Source: Thermoanaerobaculia bacterium (GTDB lineage: Bacteria > Acidobacteriota > Thermoanaerobaculia > Multivoradales > Multivoraceae). From it: a stretch of DNA of 64,000 bases. The position numbers were made by a program, and so were the translations under genes. The first letter of the stretch is position 1. Each line of letters starts with the position of its first letter. The stretch covers positions 28 to 64,027 of the forward strand of contig DATLFI010000047.1 of NCBI GenBank assembly GCA_035524895.1, in the 5' to 3' direction. Below are positions 26,660 to 36,821 of the stretch, piece by piece. The notes under the pieces are model-generated. The model was not told the origin of the DNA. It saw only the letters and a program-made list of their open reading frames with translations, and made no database searches.

Positions 26660-29011
26660 ATGCCGCGCAGTGTGACGCTGACGCTCCTCGCCGTCGGCCT
26701 GTTCCTGGTGTTGCTTCCGCTCGCCCTCGGGAAGCCCGGTCTGCCGCCGGCGCTCAAGGCGGACGAGGCCGCCTACTACCTGATGGCGGAGAGCCTGGTT
26801 CACGACCGTGACCTGCGATTCGGCACCGAGGACAGCGAGCGCCTCTTCCACGACTTCCATTTCCGGCCAGCCCGCAACGTCATCCTGCTCAGCGACGACG
26901 GCTGGCGCACCGCCCGCTACGGCAAGCCGCTGATCTATCCGCTGCTGGCGGCACCGTGGGTCGCGCTGTTCGGGTCGAACGGCATGGTTTCGTTCAACGC
27001 CCTGCTGTTGGTCGGTCTGGTCCTGCTCGGCACTCGCTATCTGGCGCGCTACAACGAACCGTGGCTGGCGGCGCTCTTCGCGTCGGGGTTCTTCCTGGCG
27101 AGCACGCTCTTCGCCTACGTGTTCTGGCTCCAGCCCGAGATGCTCAACGCCTTCTGCGTGGGTGCCGCGCTCTATCTCGGTCTGCCGATCCACGAAAGCG
27201 ACACGCCCGATTCGCCGCGCCTGGCCGGCGACAACGCGCGTGCGGTGCGCAGCCCGGGGATTCCGCGGCTCGTGCTCTCGGGGGCGTTGCTGGCGATCGC
27301 GATCTACAACAAGCCGATGCTGGTCGTGCTCGCCTTGCCGATCGTCGGCGCGCCCCTGCTGCGCGGACGGCGCCCGCTCGAGCGGTTGCGACCGGCCCTG
27401 GCCTGGGGTGCGGGCTGCACGCTAGCGCTCGGCGCGATGGCGCTGCTCTCGGTGGCCCTGCTGGGCCATCCCACGCCCTACCTCGGGGCACAGGCCCGCC
27501 AGGGTGTGACGCTCTGCGGTCCCGGCGAGATGCCGGCGGGTGTCGTCGCCGCGCGCGCGGAGGTGGAGCGAGCGGGCGAGCCCGAGACCGCGACCGAAAC
27601 CGCAGCCGTAGCCGTAGCCGCGCCGCAGGACCCGGCAGCGGCCGACGCGCCCCCCGAGGCGGTGGAACAGGTCGCGCCGGAGCCGGCGTCGAGCAACAGC
27701 TTCCGTTGGCTGGTGCGGGTTCCCGAGATCCACTGGGGCAAGCTGGTCGAGAACGTCGGCTACTTCCTCTGGGGCCGGCACACCGGCCTGCTGCCCTACT
27801 TTCCGTTCGTCGGCCTCGCGCTCCTGCTCTACCTGCGCTTCTCGCGCACGCTCGAGCGCGGCCTGCTGCTGCTGGCGCTGCTGGCGATCGCCGCTTTCTT
27901 CCTGGTGTTCATCGCCTGGAACTGGCACGGCGGCGGCGGCTTCGTGGGCAATCGCTACTACGTCAACGCCATCCCCGGCTTCCTGTTCCTGGTCACCGCG
28001 ATCCGCCCGGCGTGGCTCGCGACGCTGGGCTTCGCCGCGTCGGGCCTCCTGCTCGGCCCGATGCTGCTGACGCCGTTCGGATCAGGCGTGCCCGAGCCGA
28101 CGCTGCAGTCGCACACGCGCGACTTTCCGCTGCGCAAGCTGCCGCTCGAGCTGTCGCTGCGCAACGTGCCGGGATACCACACCGTCCCGCTGGGCGGGCT
28201 GCGCATCGTCGGGCGGCAGGACCAGTGGCTGCCGCAGGGTCCGAGCCTGTTGGTGGCAGGCGCCGACCGAGTCGAGCTCCTGCTGCTCTCGCTGGAGCCG
28301 CAGCTCGAGGAGACCGTGATCAGCGTCGAGTCGCCTGCCGGCGGGCGCGTGCGCATCGACCTGGGCGGCGACGCGCAGGTGCTCGACATGCAGCCGGGCG
28401 AGACCCGTCAGGTGACCCTCCACCCGGGACGCGCAGGCCGCCGCTACTCGCCGACCAACGTGCTGTGGTGGGTCGCGAAGCTCACGGTGGAGGCCGAAGG
28501 CGGCAAGCTCCTGCCGTGGACGCGCTACTTCCCGCAGTCCGAGTGCTCGCAGTTCGCCTACAACCCGCAGATCGAGGAGACCTTCTACACCGGCGCGGTG
28601 TTGCGGCTGTTGGGACCGCGAGCCTTCCTGGAACGGGATCTCTACGCGGCCCGCTGGGAGGAGGTCGAGCTGCCGGATCGTGTCGCCGCCGGGGAGCGCT
28701 TCGTGGTGCGAGCGCGCGTCATGAACGCGAGCGCGGCCTCCTGGCAGGGCTTCGGCTCGGCGCAGGTCCACCTCACCTACCGTTGGCTCGACAGCAACGG
28801 CGAGCAGGTCGCACCCGAAGGGCTGCGCACCGCTCTGCCGCACGACATCGGTGCCGGCGACAGGGTGGAGGTCGCGATGGACGTCGATGCGCCGAAGCAG
28901 GCCGGGTCCTACACCCTCGAGCTCGAGCCGGTATTGGAGTTCGTCGCGTGGTTCTCGGAGCGCGATCCCGGCGCGGTGCGGCGGATCGCGGTCGAGGTGG
29001 AGGAGCGTTGA
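26660..29011 (+). CDS. Large polytopic membrane protein, GT-C (ArnT/PMT-like) glycosyltransferase candidate
   Basis: N-terminal multi-TM region with a KADEAAYY (DExxY-like) loop motif after TM1, followed by a >400-aa soluble C-terminal domain. Function is inferred only from the motif and topology. Confidence 0.45.
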   Translation: MPRSVTLTLLAVGLFLVLLPLALGKPGLPPALKADEAAYYLMAESLVHDRDLRFGTEDSERLFHDFHFRPARNVILLSDDGWRTARYGKPLIYPLLAAPWVALFGSNGMVSFNALLLVGLVLLGTRYLARYNEPWLAALFASGFFLASTLFAYVFWLQPEMLNAFCVGAALYLGLPIHESDTPDSPRLAGDNARAVRSPGIPRLVLSGALLAIAIYNKPMLVVLALPIVGAPLLRGRRPLERLRPALAWGAGCTLALGAMALLSVALLGHPTPYLGAQARQGVTLCGPGEMPAGVVAARAEVERAGEPETATETAAVAVAAPQDPAAADAPPEAVEQVAPEPASSNSFRWLVRVPEIHWGKLVENVGYFLWGRHTGLLPYFPFVGLALLLYLRFSRTLERGLLLLALLAIAAFFLVFIAWNWHGGGGFVGNRYYVNAIPGFLFLVTAIRPAWLATLGFAASGLLLGPMLLTPFGSGVPEPTLQSHTRDFPLRKLPLELSLRNVPGYHTVPLGGLRIVGRQDQWLPQGPSLLVAGADRVELLLLSLEPQLEETVISVESPAGGRVRIDLGGDAQVLDMQPGETRQVTLHPGRAGRRYSPTNVLWWVAKLTVEAEGGKLLPWTRYFPQSECSQFAYNPQIEETFYTGAVLRLLGPRAFLERDLYAARWEEVELPDRVAAGERFVVRARVMNASAASWQGFGSAQVHLTYRWLDSNGEQVAPEGLRTALPHDIGAGDRVEVAMDVDAPKQAGSYTLELEPVLEFVAWFSERDPGAVRRIAVEVEER

Positions 29012-29027
29012 GAGGCAACGGGTGACC

Positions 29028-29822
29028 ATGAGCCTGCTCCCCCTCGGCCTCAACGGCTACTTCCCGTCGCACGGACGCCAGACCATGTGCTTCCTGTGGA
29101 CGGACGACGCCGCGGGCGGCGTGCCGCTGCTGCTCGACGCCGGCACGGGTCTGGGGCGCTTGCGCGAAGAGCGGGTGCGAGCCTGTCTCGAGGGAGTCGA
29201 GCGACTCGACATCGTCCTCACCCACTACCACCTAGACCACACCGTCGGCCTCACCTACCTGAGCGCGGCGTGGGGGCGCGCGGTGCGTATCCTCGCGCCG
29301 GCGCCGCCGCTGGTCGACTTCCCGCCCGCCGTGGCGCTCGGCCGCCTCGTTGGGCCCCCGCTCTTCCCGCTGACGCTCGATGAGTACCCGACGCCTGTCG
29401 AGCTCTGCTCGTACTCCGATGGCGACGAGCTCTCCGCGCTGCTCGGGCGACCCGTCGCCGTGCGGCGCCAACAGCACCTCGGCGGGTCGGTGGGCCTGAG
29501 GCTCGGGGAGCTCGCCTACGTCACCGACACCGAAGCCGACCCCGCGACCGTAGAGCTCGCGCAGGACGCCCGCCTGCTGCTGCACGAGGTCTGGCTGAGC
29601 GGCGCCGAAGCGGAGCGGAACGCGCGTCAGCTCGCGGGACACTCAGCGGTCACGGCCGTGGCGGAGATCGCCGCGCATGCAGGTGTCGCGGTGCTCGCCC
29701 CGGTGCACCACCATCCACTGCGGGACCCGGCGCGCCTCGATGAGCTCTACGGCGAGCTGCGCGCCGCGGCGGTGGTTCCCGTGGTGCGGCTCGAGGAAGG
29801 CGAAGCGTACGAGCTCGAGTGA
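29028..29822 (+). CDS. MBL-fold metallo-hydrolase
   Basis: THYHLDH (HxHxDH) motif and downstream His/Asp ligands; ~264 aa. Confidence 0.6.
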   Translation: MSLLPLGLNGYFPSHGRQTMCFLWTDDAAGGVPLLLDAGTGLGRLREERVRACLEGVERLDIVLTHYHLDHTVGLTYLSAAWGRAVRILAPAPPLVDFPPAVALGRLVGPPLFPLTLDEYPTPVELCSYSDGDELSALLGRPVAVRRQQHLGGSVGLRLGELAYVTDTEADPATVELAQDARLLLHEVWLSGAEAERNARQLAGHSAVTAVAEIAAHAGVAVLAPVHHHPLRDPARLDELYGELRAAAVVPVVRLEEGEAYELE

Positions 29823-29865
29823 CCGGCGAGCTCGCTCGGTCGCGACCCGCGGCTATCCGCGGCGG

Positions 29866-30630
29866 CTACCAGCGCCTCGACATCGCAGCCACCAGGTCGT
29901 CGGCAGTGCCGATGTCGAGGTACTCGCCCCCGTCGAAACGCACTCCCTCGACCCGGAGCCCGCGCGCGATCGCCGCGCCCAAGACTTCGCCGACGTGGAG
30001 CGGCGCGCGAGGCGCGGCAGCGGCCGCCTTGACCAGCACCTCCGTGAAACGCGGTCGCCAGACGGCGATCGACCAGGTGTAGCGGAGACCGCGCGGCGGC
30101 TGCTTGATCACCAGCTCGCGCACCACGACCGCGCCCGCTTCCTCGCCCGTGTCGTCGATCCCCACCATGTCGGTCTTCTCGCACCGATCGGTCGGAAAGA
30201 GGCCGAGGACGACGTCCGCGGCGCCGGCCTCGAGACGGTCCAGCGTGGCCGAGTACGCGTCGAGCGGCGAGAACAGGATGTCGGGGAAGCCCAGGGCGAC
30301 CACCGATTCGCCCAAGAAGGGCACCGCGCGAGCGAGCGAGTGCACCGGGCTCGGGGTCTCCTCGATCACCACGTACGCGAGGTCGACGCCGCAGTCGAGC
30401 GTGCCGAGAGCGCGCGGCACATCCCACTTGTCGGCGCGCACCACCACGATGGCCCGCTCCACGCCCGCCATCGAGAAGGCGTCGAGCAGGCGGGCCATCA
30501 CCGGCCGCACGGCTGCGCCGTCTCCAGCGCGGTCTCGCGACCCGTCGCGCACCGGCAGCGGGAGGATCTCCTTGCTGCAAGGCAGGGCGCCCAACCGCGT
30601 CGCGCTGCCGGCGGCAGGCACCAACCCCAC
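29866..30630 (-). CDS. Sugar-phosphate nucleotidyltransferase (NTP-transferase family)
   Basis: GLVPAAGSATRLG (GxGxR nucleotide-binding loop) at the N-terminus; GTG start chosen, ORF extends to 30729. Confidence 0.55.
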   Translation of the reverse strand: MGLVPAAGSATRLGALPCSKEILPLPVRDGSRDRAGDGAAVRPVMARLLDAFSMAGVERAIVVVRADKWDVPRALGTLDCGVDLAYVVIEETPSPVHSLARAVPFLGESVVALGFPDILFSPLDAYSATLDRLEAGAADVVLGLFPTDRCEKTDMVGIDDTGEEAGAVVVRELVIKQPPRGLRYTWSIAVWRPRFTEVLVKAAAAAPRAPLHVGEVLGAAIARGLRVEGVRFDGGEYLDIGTADDLVAAMSRRW

Positions 30631-30820
30631 GACGCCGCTGCGTCCAGCCCGTAGGCGCGAGCCCCCGCGGCGCGCGGCCCCACGGGGTCTCGAGCGGCTC
30701 GCCAGGGACGCGGCAGGAGGCTTCGACATGGCGGGTACGATACGCGACGATCGACGGCGCTTCCGACGCGCGCCGGCGTGCTCGCCTCGACGAACCCACG
30801 ATCCCCAGGAACCGCTCGAA

Positions 30821-31357
30821 ATGTTCGGCCACGTCAGACAGGACTACGCGCGACTCGCCGCGTACCGCGGCCGGCACGGCTTGGCCTTCCTGCTCGGCAC
30901 GCTGCTGTTCGACAACGGCTTCCAGGCGGTGCTGCTGTATCGCCTCGCTCGCTGGCTCAAGCGCGCGCGCATTCCGGTGCTGCCGGCCTGCTGCTGGCGC
31001 CTCGCCATCTTCTGCACCGGCGCCGACGTCAACCCCAACGCCCAGCTCGGCCCAGGGCTCGTGATCAGCCACGGCGTCGGGCTGGTGGTCGGCGGCGACG
31101 TGGTGGCGGGTCGCGACCTGCTACTGCACCACGGAGTGACGCTCGGAGCGCCCACACCGGGGCGGATCGCGCAGACGCCGCGCTTTGGTGACGGCGTTTC
31201 GATCGGCGCCGGCACCCTCGTCCTCGGCGCGGTGATGGTCGGCGATGGCGCCTTCCTGGGTGCCGGCGTTCTGGTCGCGCGCGACGTGCCGCCGCGCGCC
31301 AAGGTCACCGTGGCGGCCGCGCCGCAGGTCACCCTCGCGGGCGCCGCCGACCCCTAG
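30821..31357 (+). CDS. Serine O-acetyltransferase-like left-handed beta-helix acyltransferase
   Basis: SAT-like N-terminal helices plus hexapeptide repeats (GVGLVVGGDVVAGRDLLLHHGVTLG...GDGVSIGAGTLVLGAV). Confidence 0.6.
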   Translation: MFGHVRQDYARLAAYRGRHGLAFLLGTLLFDNGFQAVLLYRLARWLKRARIPVLPACCWRLAIFCTGADVNPNAQLGPGLVISHGVGLVVGGDVVAGRDLLLHHGVTLGAPTPGRIAQTPRFGDGVSIGAGTLVLGAVMVGDGAFLGAGVLVARDVPPRAKVTVAAAPQVTLAGAADP

Positions 31358-31390
31358 GTCGCCACGGGCACCCCAGAACCCAGGCGGCGG

Positions 31391-32440
31391 TCAGGCCTGG
31401 CTCGCGCCCTCTCCTTCGTACCCCGGGGTCATGCCGTCGAGCTTGGCGAGCAGCACGATCAGGTCCTCGACGCGCGAGCTGTAGCCCCACTCGTTGTCGT
31501 ACCAGGCGATCACCTTGACCATGCTGCCACCCATCACCTGGGTGAGCAGCGAGTCGAAGATGCTCGAGTGGCTGTTGCCGACGATGTCGCTGGAGACGAT
31601 CGGGTCGATGCCGTACTGGAGGATGCGCCGCATGGGGCCTTCGGCGGCGGCCTTCATGGCGGCGTTGATCTCTTCGATCGTGACGTCGCGCTCCAGCTCC
31701 ACGGTGAGGTCGACCACGCTGCCGTCGGGCACCGGCACGCGAAACGCGAGACCGTCGAGCTTGCCCTCGAGCTCCGGGATCACCTTCCCGATCGCGCGCG
31801 CCGCACCGGTGGACGTCGGAATGATGTTCATCGCGGCATTGCGCGAGCGCCGGAAATCCTCGTGCGGCGTATCGACCAGTCGCTGGTCCGCAGTGTAGGC
31901 GTGCACCGTGGTCAGGAGACCGCGGCGAATGCCGAAGGAGTCGTGCAGCACCTTCGCCAGGGGCGCCGCGCAGTTCGTGGTGCAGCTCGCGTTGCTGATG
32001 ATGCGCGAGCCTTTGTCGACCACGTGGTCGTTGACACCGAGGACCACCGTGCTCTCCAGGTAGTCCTTGGTCGGCACCGTGACCACGACGCGCCTGGCCC
32101 CGGCCTCGAGGTGGTCGTCGAGCTCCGAGAGCTTGCGGAATCGACCGGTGCTCTCGATCACGTAGTCCACCCCGAGCTCCTTCCACGGCAGCTTCGCCGG
32201 CTCCGGCTCCGAGAGCACTTCGAAGGGGTCGCCGTCGATCCACATCCTGCCGTCCTTCAGGAACGCTTCGCCGGGATAGGGCCCGTGCACGGTGTCGTAA
32301 CGGAAGGCGTACACCAGCGCCTCGGGATCGGTGAGGTCGTTGATCGCCGCGACATCGAACAGCTGGCGCGTCTTGGCGCTGCGCATCACCATCCTGCCGA
32401 TGCGGCCGAAACCGTTGATCGCGATCCTGGGAACTGCCAT
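31391..32440 (-). CDS. gap: Glyceraldehyde-3-phosphate dehydrogenase
   Basis: INGFGRIGR NAD-binding motif, ASCTTNC active-site signature, WYDNEWGYS C-terminal motif; start MAVPRIAING. Confidence 0.85.
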   Translation of the reverse strand: MAVPRIAINGFGRIGRMVMRSAKTRQLFDVAAINDLTDPEALVYAFRYDTVHGPYPGEAFLKDGRMWIDGDPFEVLSEPEPAKLPWKELGVDYVIESTGRFRKLSELDDHLEAGARRVVVTVPTKDYLESTVVLGVNDHVVDKGSRIISNASCTTNCAAPLAKVLHDSFGIRRGLLTTVHAYTADQRLVDTPHEDFRRSRNAAMNIIPTSTGAARAIGKVIPELEGKLDGLAFRVPVPDGSVVDLTVELERDVTIEEINAAMKAAAEGPMRRILQYGIDPIVSSDIVGNSHSSIFDSLLTQVMGGSMVKVIAWYDNEWGYSSRVEDLIVLLAKLDGMTPGYEGEGASQA

Positions 32441-32591
32441 GCCACCTCCTGCCCGCACCGTCGTCGGTACCTTCCGAGACGAAGGCCCAGTATAGGCGCG
32501 TCGCTCGGTAGACTCACCGCCCCGGCGAGCGGGATCGCGACGGTGAGTGCCCCGCGAGCGCCCACCCGCTGCTCCGATCGGTGCGAGCACG

Positions 32592-33416
32592 ATGCAACCG
32601 CCGAGCAACCTGCCCGACCCGCACGCCGCCTTCCTGGAGGGCGCTTTGCGCGTGCTGTCCGGCGACGAGCGCCTGGTCGGCGTCGCGGCGGGCGGCTCCT
32701 ACCGCGACGGCGCTATGGACGAGTGGAGCGATCTAGATCTGGTGATCGCTGTCGAGCCGTCGGACTACGAGGCGGTGCTCGCCGCACGCACCGAGATCGC
32801 CGCCTCGATGGGCCCGCTGCTAGCGGCCTTCACCGGCGAGCACGTGGGCGAGCCGCGTCTCCTGATCTGCCTCTATGGCCCGCCGGCGCTTCACGTCGAT
32901 CTCAAGTTCGTGAGCCTCGAGGACGCCGCCGAACGCGTGGAGGATCCTGTAGTGCTGTGGGAGCGCGACGGTCGGCTGAGCGCGACGTTGCGCGCCGGCG
33001 AGGCGTGTTACCCAGAGCCGGACCTGCAGTGGATAGAGGACCGTTTCTGGGTGTGGGTCCACTACGGAGCGACCAAGATCGGTCGTGGCGAGCTCTGGGA
33101 GGCGCTCGACTTCCTCGGCTTCCTGCGCTCCCGCGTGCTCGGACCGCTCGCTCTCCAGACGCGCGGCGCGCGCCCCACGGGTGTACGCCGGCTCGAGCAA
33201 CACGCGCCCGACCTATCTGCGATGCTGCGGCGCACGCTGGCTACTCACGAGAAGAGCTCGTGTTGCCGCGCTCTCGAGACCACCGTCGAGCTCTACCTGC
33301 GCCTGCGCGAGGAGCTCGATCGCGGCGCGCTGGAACGGCGCGACGTCGCGGAGCAGGCGGCGACGCGGTATCTCGCCGAGGTCGCGCGAAGGGGCGCGCC
33401 GAAGCCGGCGCGTTAA
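32592..33416 (+). CDS. Nucleotidyltransferase-domain protein (ANT/Pol-beta-like)
   Basis: GGSYRDGAMDEWSDLDLVI (GS...D.D) nucleotidyltransferase motif; ~274 aa. Confidence 0.45.
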   Translation: MQPPSNLPDPHAAFLEGALRVLSGDERLVGVAAGGSYRDGAMDEWSDLDLVIAVEPSDYEAVLAARTEIAASMGPLLAAFTGEHVGEPRLLICLYGPPALHVDLKFVSLEDAAERVEDPVVLWERDGRLSATLRAGEACYPEPDLQWIEDRFWVWVHYGATKIGRGELWEALDFLGFLRSRVLGPLALQTRGARPTGVRRLEQHAPDLSAMLRRTLATHEKSSCCRALETTVELYLRLREELDRGALERRDVAEQAATRYLAEVARRGAPKPAR

Positions 33417-33492
33417 GCGGCGCGCCATCGCTGCCGCGTTGAGTAGCGCGCCGTAGCCGGCGCGTTTGACCGTTGGTGATGCGCGCCTCGCT

Positions 33493-34444
33493 TCAACGTG
33501 CCGGGTCGAACGTACGGCGCACTCCGAACACCAGAGCCCCCAGCCCCAGCACCAGGGTGCCCGACACCACCGACGCGATCGGCAGTGTGAACGCGAGCAC
33601 GCGACAACCCAGCAGGCCGCAGGCCGCCACCCACGACGGCCAGCGGCGCTCGCCCGGTGCGAGGGTCAACGCCGCGGCGTTCGCGACGCCGTAGGAGGTC
33701 AACACCGCGAACGAGCTGAAGCCGATTGCCGAGCGCACGTCTGCCGTAGCGGCGACCGCGGCGACCACGAGCCCGACGACGATCTCGGCCCGATGCGGCA
33801 CCATGTAGCGCGGATGCACGGCCGCGAGCCAGTGCGGCAGGTCGCGGTTCGCCGCCATCGCGAACGTCGTGCGACTGACCCCGACGATCAGCGACAGCAG
33901 CACCCCCAAGGACGCCACGGTGGCGCCGATCCGCACCGCCGGCGCGAGCGCGGACAGCCGACCGGCCTCGACCGCGGTGGCCAACGGCGCCGGCGAGCTG
34001 GCGAGCGCCTCGGCGCCTGATGCGAGCACCGACCGCCAGCGGTCGAGCGTGGTCCGGCGCCGCGTAACCGGCGAAGGTCATCGCCATCGCGGCGCAGCTC
34101 GCTAGCTTCCCGATCACGAAGCCCCAGCCGGCCAAGCGGCCCCACAACGCGCCGAGGCGCTTGCGTCCGTACACATAGGCCCCGCCCGACTCGGGATGGA
34201 CGGCGGCGAGCTGCGCCGAGGATGCCGCGTTGCAGTAGGCGACGCCGGCTGCGATCAGGAGCCCGAGCAGGAGCCCCGACCCCGCGGCCCGCGCTGCGGG
34301 ACCTATGGCCGCGAACACGCCGGCGCCGATCATCGAGCCGAGCCCGATCACGACCGCGTCGGTGAGACCGAGCCGCCGGGCGAGCCGTGTGGGCTCGGCC
34401 GGCGAGACTGCGGGACCCGATCGCGTTCCCATGACGATCCGCAT
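33493..34444 (-). pseudogene. Amino-acid permease-like transporter disrupted by a frameshift
   Basis: N-terminal permease sequence (AVVIGLGSMIGAGVFAA...GYAAP) runs in the frame from 34444. The C-terminal half (LSLIVGVSRTTFAMAANRDLPHWL...) continues in the frame of ORF 33493..34029. The frames switch near 34030-34060. Confidence 0.45.
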
Positions 34445-34484
34445 TCGGGGCGCCGAAGAACCTCAGGCGCCCGCGGCCCGGGAT

Positions 34485-35915
34485 CTACTGTATGTAGCCC
34501 AGGTCCCGGAGCTGCTGCAGCCGCTCCTCGTCCAGGCTCTCAGCTTCGCCTTCCCCACTGGCGGCGGCGCCCATGCGTCGTTGCCACTCTTCGAGGCGGC
34601 GCAACATCACGGCGGTCTTTTGCGGCTCCGCCGCGGCGAGGTCGTGCTGCTCGAGCGGATCGGCGAGGAGGTGATACAGCTCGACCCGATAGGGCGACGC
34701 TGCGCCGGCAGTGTCGTCGGCTTCGACCTCCGCGTCGTCAGCCGCGTCGGCCACATCGTTCGGCGCCGCGGGGATACGGTGCGCGACCAGGCGATAGCCC
34801 GCCATCGCCATGGCGAGCGCGCCGTCCGGCCGAGCCCAGTCGCTGAACGCCACGTAAGGCGGGCGGCCCTGGCCGCGCAGCCAGGGCACGAGGCTGCTGC
34901 CCTGCATCTCGTTGGGCACCGCGACGCCGGTGAGGTCGAGCAGCGTCGGCGCGAGGTCCGCGGTCTGGACGACGCGCTCCACCGGTTGCGCAGCAAGAGA
35001 GCCGGGCAACCGCATCAGGAACGGCACGCGAGTGGTCGTCGAGTACACGCCCTCGTTGAGTGTCGCGCCGTGCTCGCCGAGCTCCTGGCCGTGGTCGGAG
35101 ATCACCACCACGGTCGCGCGCTCGAGCACGCCCAGCTCGCGCAGCCGGTCGAGGAAAGCACCGAGGGTGTCGTCGATCGCGCGCAGCTCCGCGTCGTACA
35201 GCGCAGCGGCGTAGGCGAGGTCGCCGTTCGCCGGGGCTTCGCCGCCGAGCGAGCTCGTGAGCGAAGCGAGAGCTCGCAGCGTCGGCTCGAAGCCGGCAGT
35301 CGCCGGTGCCGCGTCAGCCGCGACCAGCTCGCGCGCCGACGCGGGCGGCGCGAACGGAGGCAGCGCATCGGAACCGTGCAGGAGCAGGAAGAAGGGCTCG
35401 GCGTCCCCGGCACGATCCTCGAGCCAAGCGGCGGCCTTGGCGGCCGATTCCGCGAAGCCCTTGCCGCGACCATCCTCGTACACCTCGAAGCCCTGGTCGA
35501 AGCCGAACCCCGCAGACAGGTAGCCGCCGTCGACGAACGCCGCGGTCCGCCAGCCCGCGGCGCGCAACAGCTCGGCGAGCGTGTCGACCTCCGCGGGCAG
35601 CGGAGCGCTCTCGGAGAGCTGGCCGTTCCCGGCCGGGTAACGACCGGTCAGGATCGAGCCCTGCGCCGGCACGCCGTCCGGTGAGCTGGCGAACGTCCAC
35701 TCGAAGCGCAGCGACTCGGCGGCGAGCGCGTCGAAGCGCGGGCTGGTCGGCCGCTCGAAGCCGTAGGCCCCGAGCCGGTCGGCGCGCACGGATGACAGGT
35801 CGACCAGCACGATTGGGTGCGGCCCGAGCGCGAAGGGGTCGTCGTCGCCGCCGCAGGCGCTGGAAAGCACTGCGGCCGTGGTCAACAGCGCGAGCAGGGT
35901 GGAACGTGGTCTCAT
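34485..35915 (-). CDS. Alkaline-phosphatase-superfamily 'sulfatase-like' lipoprotein, paralog 3
   Basis: Lipobox VLSSAC; IVLVDLSSVRADRLG; WTFASSP...ILTGRYP (Thr at nucleophile position); ISDHGQELGEH; C-terminal LRDLGYIQ tail. Confidence 0.6.
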   Translation of the reverse strand: MRPRSTLLALLTTAAVLSSACGGDDDPFALGPHPIVLVDLSSVRADRLGAYGFERPTSPRFDALAAESLRFEWTFASSPDGVPAQGSILTGRYPAGNGQLSESAPLPAEVDTLAELLRAAGWRTAAFVDGGYLSAGFGFDQGFEVYEDGRGKGFAESAAKAAAWLEDRAGDAEPFFLLLHGSDALPPFAPPASARELVAADAAPATAGFEPTLRALASLTSSLGGEAPANGDLAYAAALYDAELRAIDDTLGAFLDRLRELGVLERATVVVISDHGQELGEHGATLNEGVYSTTTRVPFLMRLPGSLAAQPVERVVQTADLAPTLLDLTGVAVPNEMQGSSLVPWLRGQGRPPYVAFSDWARPDGALAMAMAGYRLVAHRIPAAPNDVADAADDAEVEADDTAGAASPYRVELYHLLADPLEQHDLAAAEPQKTAVMLRRLEEWQRRMGAAASGEGEAESLDEERLQQLRDLGYIQ

Positions 35916-35922
35916 CGATCGA

Positions 35923-36795
35923 TCACTCTACCGCCTCGAGGCGCAGCATGGCTCGCGCCTCCGCGGGCGACGCGACCTCACGCCCCGCCTCCCGCGCGCA
36001 CCGAGCGAGCGCCTCGATCAGCGCGCCGTTGCCGCTCGCGCGCGAGCCGTCGGGCAGGTAGAAGGTGTCCTCGAGACCGGTGCGCAGCGCGCCGCCCCGC
36101 TCCGCGGCCCGGCGGTGCAACGGCCAGACCTCCTCGCGCCCGATCGCGGTCACCTGCCAGTGCGTGTCCGGCTCCCGGTAGCGCAGCAGCAGCTCGAGCA
36201 GGTCGGGGTCGGCGGGCATGCCGGAGGCGACGCCCATCACGAAGTTGTAGTTCGGCACGTCGACCATGCCGGCGTCGCGGAACAGCGCAATGGAGCGTGC
36301 GATGCCGACGTCGAAGCACTCGAACTCGGGGCGCGTGCCACACTCTGCCATTGCGCGCAGCATCTCCTGGACCTTGTCGACCGGGTTGTCGAAGAGCATC
36401 GGCGGCCAGGCCCAGGACCCGTCGCGGCGGGTCTTGAGGTAGTTGAGACTGCCCGCGTTGCACGCGGCTATCTCCGGACGTACGCGACGCAGGCAGGCGA
36501 TCGGCTCCGACACGTCGCGACCGAAGACGCCGGTGGTCATGTTGACCACGATGCCGGGACACGCCTCGCGAATCGCATCGACGATCGCCGCCGCGACCGC
36601 GGGATCCCAGCTCGCGAGGTGACCCTGGCCTGGCTCCTGACGGCGGAAGTGCACGTGCACGATCGCAGCGCCCGCGTCGTACGCTTCGCGGCTCGACCGC
36701 GCCATCTCCTCGACCGTCACCGGTACGGGGTGCTGGCGCGGGTCGGTGAGCACCCCGGTGACCGCGCAGGTGAGTATGGCCTTCTCGGTAGTCAT
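35923..36795 (-). CDS. BKACE-family (DUF849) beta-keto acid cleavage enzyme, 3-keto-5-aminohexanoate cleavage enzyme-like
   Basis: 290-aa TIM-barrel-like protein starting MTTEKAILTCAVTGV with His/Glu metal ligands (VHVHFR...); the long upstream ORF extension is Arg-rich noise. Confidence 0.65.
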   Translation of the reverse strand: MTTEKAILTCAVTGVLTDPRQHPVPVTVEEMARSSREAYDAGAAIVHVHFRRQEPGQGHLASWDPAVAAAIVDAIREACPGIVVNMTTGVFGRDVSEPIACLRRVRPEIAACNAGSLNYLKTRRDGSWAWPPMLFDNPVDKVQEMLRAMAECGTRPEFECFDVGIARSIALFRDAGMVDVPNYNFVMGVASGMPADPDLLELLLRYREPDTHWQVTAIGREEVWPLHRRAAERGGALRTGLEDTFYLPDGSRASGNGALIEALARCAREAGREVASPAEARAMLRLEAVE

Positions 36796-36821
36796 GTGGG
36801 CTCTTCCATGGACCAAACGAG

